DNA from: Psammoneis japonica
Lineage: Eukaryota
Direction: 5' to 3'
DNA: 64,000 bases
Assembly: GCA_008632985.1 (NCBI GenBank)
Contig: QPGO01000217.1
Coordinates: forward strand, 1 to 64,000
Notes under the pieces: model-generated
Database searches by the model: none
The model's input: only the letters and a program-made list of their open reading frames with translations
What the model was told of the DNA's origin: nothing
Program-made: the position numbers and the translations under genes
Shown here: positions 60,977 to 64,000 of the stretch, piece by piece
Position numbering within the stretch: position 1 is the stretch's first letter
How the letters are laid out: every line of letters starts with the position of its first letter

Positions 60977-62641
60977 CTACGGCGGGCTCGTATGGTACTT
61001 GATGTCAAAATCCATTCCATCAAATGTACCTCCATCGCACCGGTGGATTCTGAATATATGTCCTGGACCTTGAAAGGACACGAACATGAACCTTTTGGTA
61101 TGATCAAAGGCCAGTCCTGTCGTCTCCGTGTTATAGAGGTTGCCAGAAGATTCCAGGATAGTAAAGTACTCCCCCGACGTGCCATCACGACCGTGAACTC
61201 CGCAGTGCGACCCACCGTCCTCGCAAAAGTAGAGGATCCCGCGCTGGCCGCCCATGATGAACTTGATCTGGTCCGGTTGCAGATCGAAACTTCCACGACC
61301 GTTGCTGTTGCCGTTCGATACGGTTGGCGTTACGGTGTACGTGAAGGCGTCGAGATCGAGATCAAACAACTCCTTCTGCGTCTTTGACACAAAGTACAGG
61401 TGCCTAGACAAAAAAAAAATAGTGCACGAGGAATGTGTGAGACGATCGAATTGAAAATTTGATTTAGTGCATGTAATTACGTACCCGTTTTTCACGTCAG
61501 TTCCCTCCGCATACTGATAATAGCTTGGCGATCCTGTATAGGTGCTCGACCACTCAAATGTACTGTTGTCGAGTATGTTGAGGTAAGAGAGAGCACCACT
61601 GCAAGGCGGAGCGAGCATGTCTCCGTACGCTAACCCTCTTCCGGAAGGTGGTTCGTACTTCTGAATCACACCCGAAGACGAATCTTCCGTAAGGAAGAAG
61701 ACGGGTGCGTTGGGATTGCGGTTGTCGACGCTTGCAGATTCCCAATTTCCACCTCCCTGACCAAGGCAGGTTTCCCTGACGTAGCCGCAGGGCGGCCGAT
61801 TGTCCCCACTGGAACACGGTACGATTGTGCTAGTTCCGCAAGAGCCGAGCGGATCGACCTCAAAGACTCGTCCGGCGCTCCCATTCTCCTCGCACGTCAG
61901 GAAGGTGTTCCACGGCGTCTTGCCTGCTCCGCAGTTCCAATAAGTGTAGCGGAGGAGTCGCTCGTACTTGACCACCTTGCCATCGGCGTCAAAGTGAATG
62001 GCTCCGACACCGCCCTCCCGTTGGTTGTTCCCTTTGAGGTGAGTCCGCTGTTCCGCGTTGGAGGCGTAGACAAAGCCACCGGGACCGCCACAGCCGCCGG
62101 GGAAGCACGCCCCAGCGTCGGGAAAGTCATGAAAGACCTCCGTGCTGCTCCCACCTCCAACTTCGTACGCGACGGTCTGACCGCTTCGGGCAATAATGTC
62201 CCAACAGAGTCCACGAGAGAAGTAAATGCCCGTTCCGGCGTCATACTGGAGGTTTCCCGGTTCGTAGGGCTCCCCCATGGGCGGTTCCACCGGAGAAGAA
62301 GTGGGTGGTGCTGTTGTGGGTGGCCCTTCGGTTGGAAATGGAGTGGGCACCGATGGGGCCGTGCATATATTTCCGGTGGTCGGGCTGCACGTCGAGACAG
62401 GGTTGCAGCAGTCACGTTGCTTGTTGCCTTGGATGCAGCTCTGGCCGTCCGTCTTGCAGGGAGCAAGCCTACGCGTACGGCCATGAAGGGGAAAGAGGCG
62501 CTGGACTTCCGCGTGATACTTGGAGGAAGCTTGCTCCGCCAAAGACAACGGTCCTCCATGTAAATCTTGTCCTGAAACCACGGACGAGGAGGATAACAAC
62601 AAGGAGATGCAGCTGCAAAGAAGCAACATCAGTGAAGGCAT
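60977..62641 (-). CDS. Secreted PhoX-like alkaline phosphatase (DUF839 beta-propeller); in-frame intron 61404-61484
   Basis: Signal peptide, Cys-rich segment and Pro/Thr linker; FHDFPDAGACF, NCGAGKTPWNTFLTCEE, WESASVD, LTED, QPDQI, FCEDGG, ETTGLAF, VSFQGPG. Confidence 0.88.
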   Translation of the reverse strand: MPSLMLLLCSCISLLLSSSSVVSGQDLHGGPLSLAEQASSKYHAEVQRLFPLHGRTRRLAPCKTDGQSCIQGNKQRDCCNPVSTCSPTTGNICTAPSVPTPFPTEGPPTTAPPTSSPVEPPMGEPYEPGNLQYDAGTGIYFSRGLCWDIIARSGQTVAYEVGGGSSTEVFHDFPDAGACFPGGCGGPGGFVYASNAEQRTHLKGNNQREGGVGAIHFDADGKVVKYERLLRYTYWNCGAGKTPWNTFLTCEENGSAGRVFEVDPLGSCGTSTIVPCSSGDNRPPCGYVRETCLGQGGGNWESASVDNRNPNAPVFFLTEDSSSGVIQKYEPPSGRGLAYGDMLAPPCSGALSYLNILDNSTFEWSSTYTGSPSYYQYAEGTDVKNGYVITCTKSNFQFDRLTHSSCTIFFLSRHLYFVSKTQKELFDLDLDAFTYTVTPTVSNGNSNGRGSFDLQPDQIKFIMGGQRGILYFCEDGGSHCGVHGRDGTSGEYFTILESSGNLYNTETTGLAFDHTKRFMFVSFQGPGHIFRIHRCDGGTFDGMDFDIKYHTSPP

Positions 62642-63119
62642 AGTTTGTTTTCCGATAGATTGCTTCTTGATGTTCGTCTTTGTTGCCGACCTTGTGTGGA
62701 TTTTCAATTTGCGTCGTTCTGAAAAATTCTCGGCACAGGATTTCTCCTCGGCTCTTTCTTATTTGGACTTGCACTTGCTCGAGTATCGCAAATTATTGTA
62801 CGTAAGTTGTATGTGTGTGACAAATTTTCTTAAAGCACTCAACAATTAAGTGGAAAATGTTAAATCAGAGATGTCTGAAGGTGAAAAATGACTCGAAACG
62901 CATAAAGAGGATTTCAAAGAGATGTCAAAATGGGCAATATTGATCGTTTCAAAAAGAACAGCATTCCGATACTGAAGCAGATTTTATATATATTTTGTAT
63001 GGCCCATGTTAAAAATGTGAAATGTGTAGTAAATGAACCGCGGGCGTGTCTTTGCTGCGGTACGCAGCTGTGCAGGATGAACAGTCGCACTGAACTTGCG
63101 ACGTTTCGCAAAGCATCTC

Positions 63120-64000
63120 TGCCATGAAGTTGACAACCTCAACGACAACGCCTGCGGAGTTTGCTCCCCAGTCAAGCAGCGCTGCGCTGCACCTGTTAAA
63201 ATGGCCCCCGACCCACTGCCGTGCCTTGGACCATTTTTCTTGTGACATCTCCTCCGCGTTGTCTTGCTTTTTGCCATTTTCTCCATTGCCTCCAACCTCA
63301 GCACAGCTTTGACAACCCCCTTCTTTCCGCCTTCCTGCCCTTGAGCACCGGCCCTTTGCTTTTTTCTTTTTCTTCAACCGCAACACAGCTCCACACACAC
63401 CCATTTGGTCATGTTTCATCCAATCATGCACGATCACTTTTTTGGCTCTCTGCACCGCCCCTCTCACACCACCAGCTGCCCCTCCCAAATTCCTCAACCC
63501 TGACACCCCCTTCTCACATTTGTTCCCACAACACCAGTCACAATGCCAGCAATGGCCCTGTGTTGCTGTCCTTCTCCAAGCATGATCCCCTTTCTCGCTC
63601 ACCAGCCATGACCCCCTGACTGCAAACATGACACCTCAAAAAGCCCTCCGTCGACAACCTTCTTCCACGTCACGCCCTCCCTTGACAACCCCAACTGCTG
63701 ACCCCTGCAAACATCCACCCAACCTGACACCCATTCAATTGTGCCCCCAAATGGCCTTCTCTTTTCAGTGACTCACAAATTAACAACCCAGTGCGTCAAC
63801 CAAGACACCACTTTTGACTCTGCTTTCCGTGCTCTTCTCCACTCCGTGATGTCCTCCCTTTCTGACAAATTCAATTGGCCATCCCTTCAGGACAGCACCT
63901 GAAACTCTCAAGACTTCCAACCCCTCCTCTTGACCCCTGCTGCTGTGCCAGACCCCAGCTTGTCACCCAACCCTGCCTGAATCTCCGCCCCAGTCTCCAC
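63120..64000. other. Start of another TpA/CpG-depleted degenerate block (probable TE remnant)
   Basis: Almost no TpA after ~63120 (survivors in TTAA), compared with TpA-rich 62750-63060. Confidence 0.55.

Overview
Eukaryotic nuclear DNA, most likely from a diatom. This is inferred from short GT-AG introns, a CoDi-type Copia gag N-terminus and a signal-peptide/'AF' presequence. The window has two sharply bounded compartments. (1) Intact genes, mainly at 24.9-26.8 kb, 30.7-48.1 kb and 53.3-62.6 kb: a REase-like+kinase gene, a Sen1-like helicase, a SET protein, an Smr-UIM protein, PWP1, an LRR-ankyrin-kinase-Zn-finger gene, a thioredoxin-cNMP-EF-hand gene, eIF2-alpha, a YeeE/YedE transporter and a PhoX-like phosphatase. 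(2) Nested transposon debris: an LTR element with a 5-bp TSD, an Ngaro-type tyrosine-recombinase retroelement with all its split direct repeats, two MITEs with TGA TSDs, and CRE-like fragments. An intact IS630/Tc1 (DD38E) element carrying a spliced cargo gene sits inside this debris. The main observation is that the debris has lost not only CpG but almost all TpA. Comparisons inside the window (LTR vs LTR, tandem units, a gene vs its partial duplicate, conserved catalytic Tyr residues) show directional TpA->TpG/CpA transitions alongside CpG->TpG/CpA. This is the reverse of fungal RIP. It converts Tyr to His/Cys, erases TAA/TAG stops and largely spares YTAR contexts. It looks like a region-targeted hypermutation process that I do not recognise from established literature. 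All alignments were done by eye; no database searches were run.
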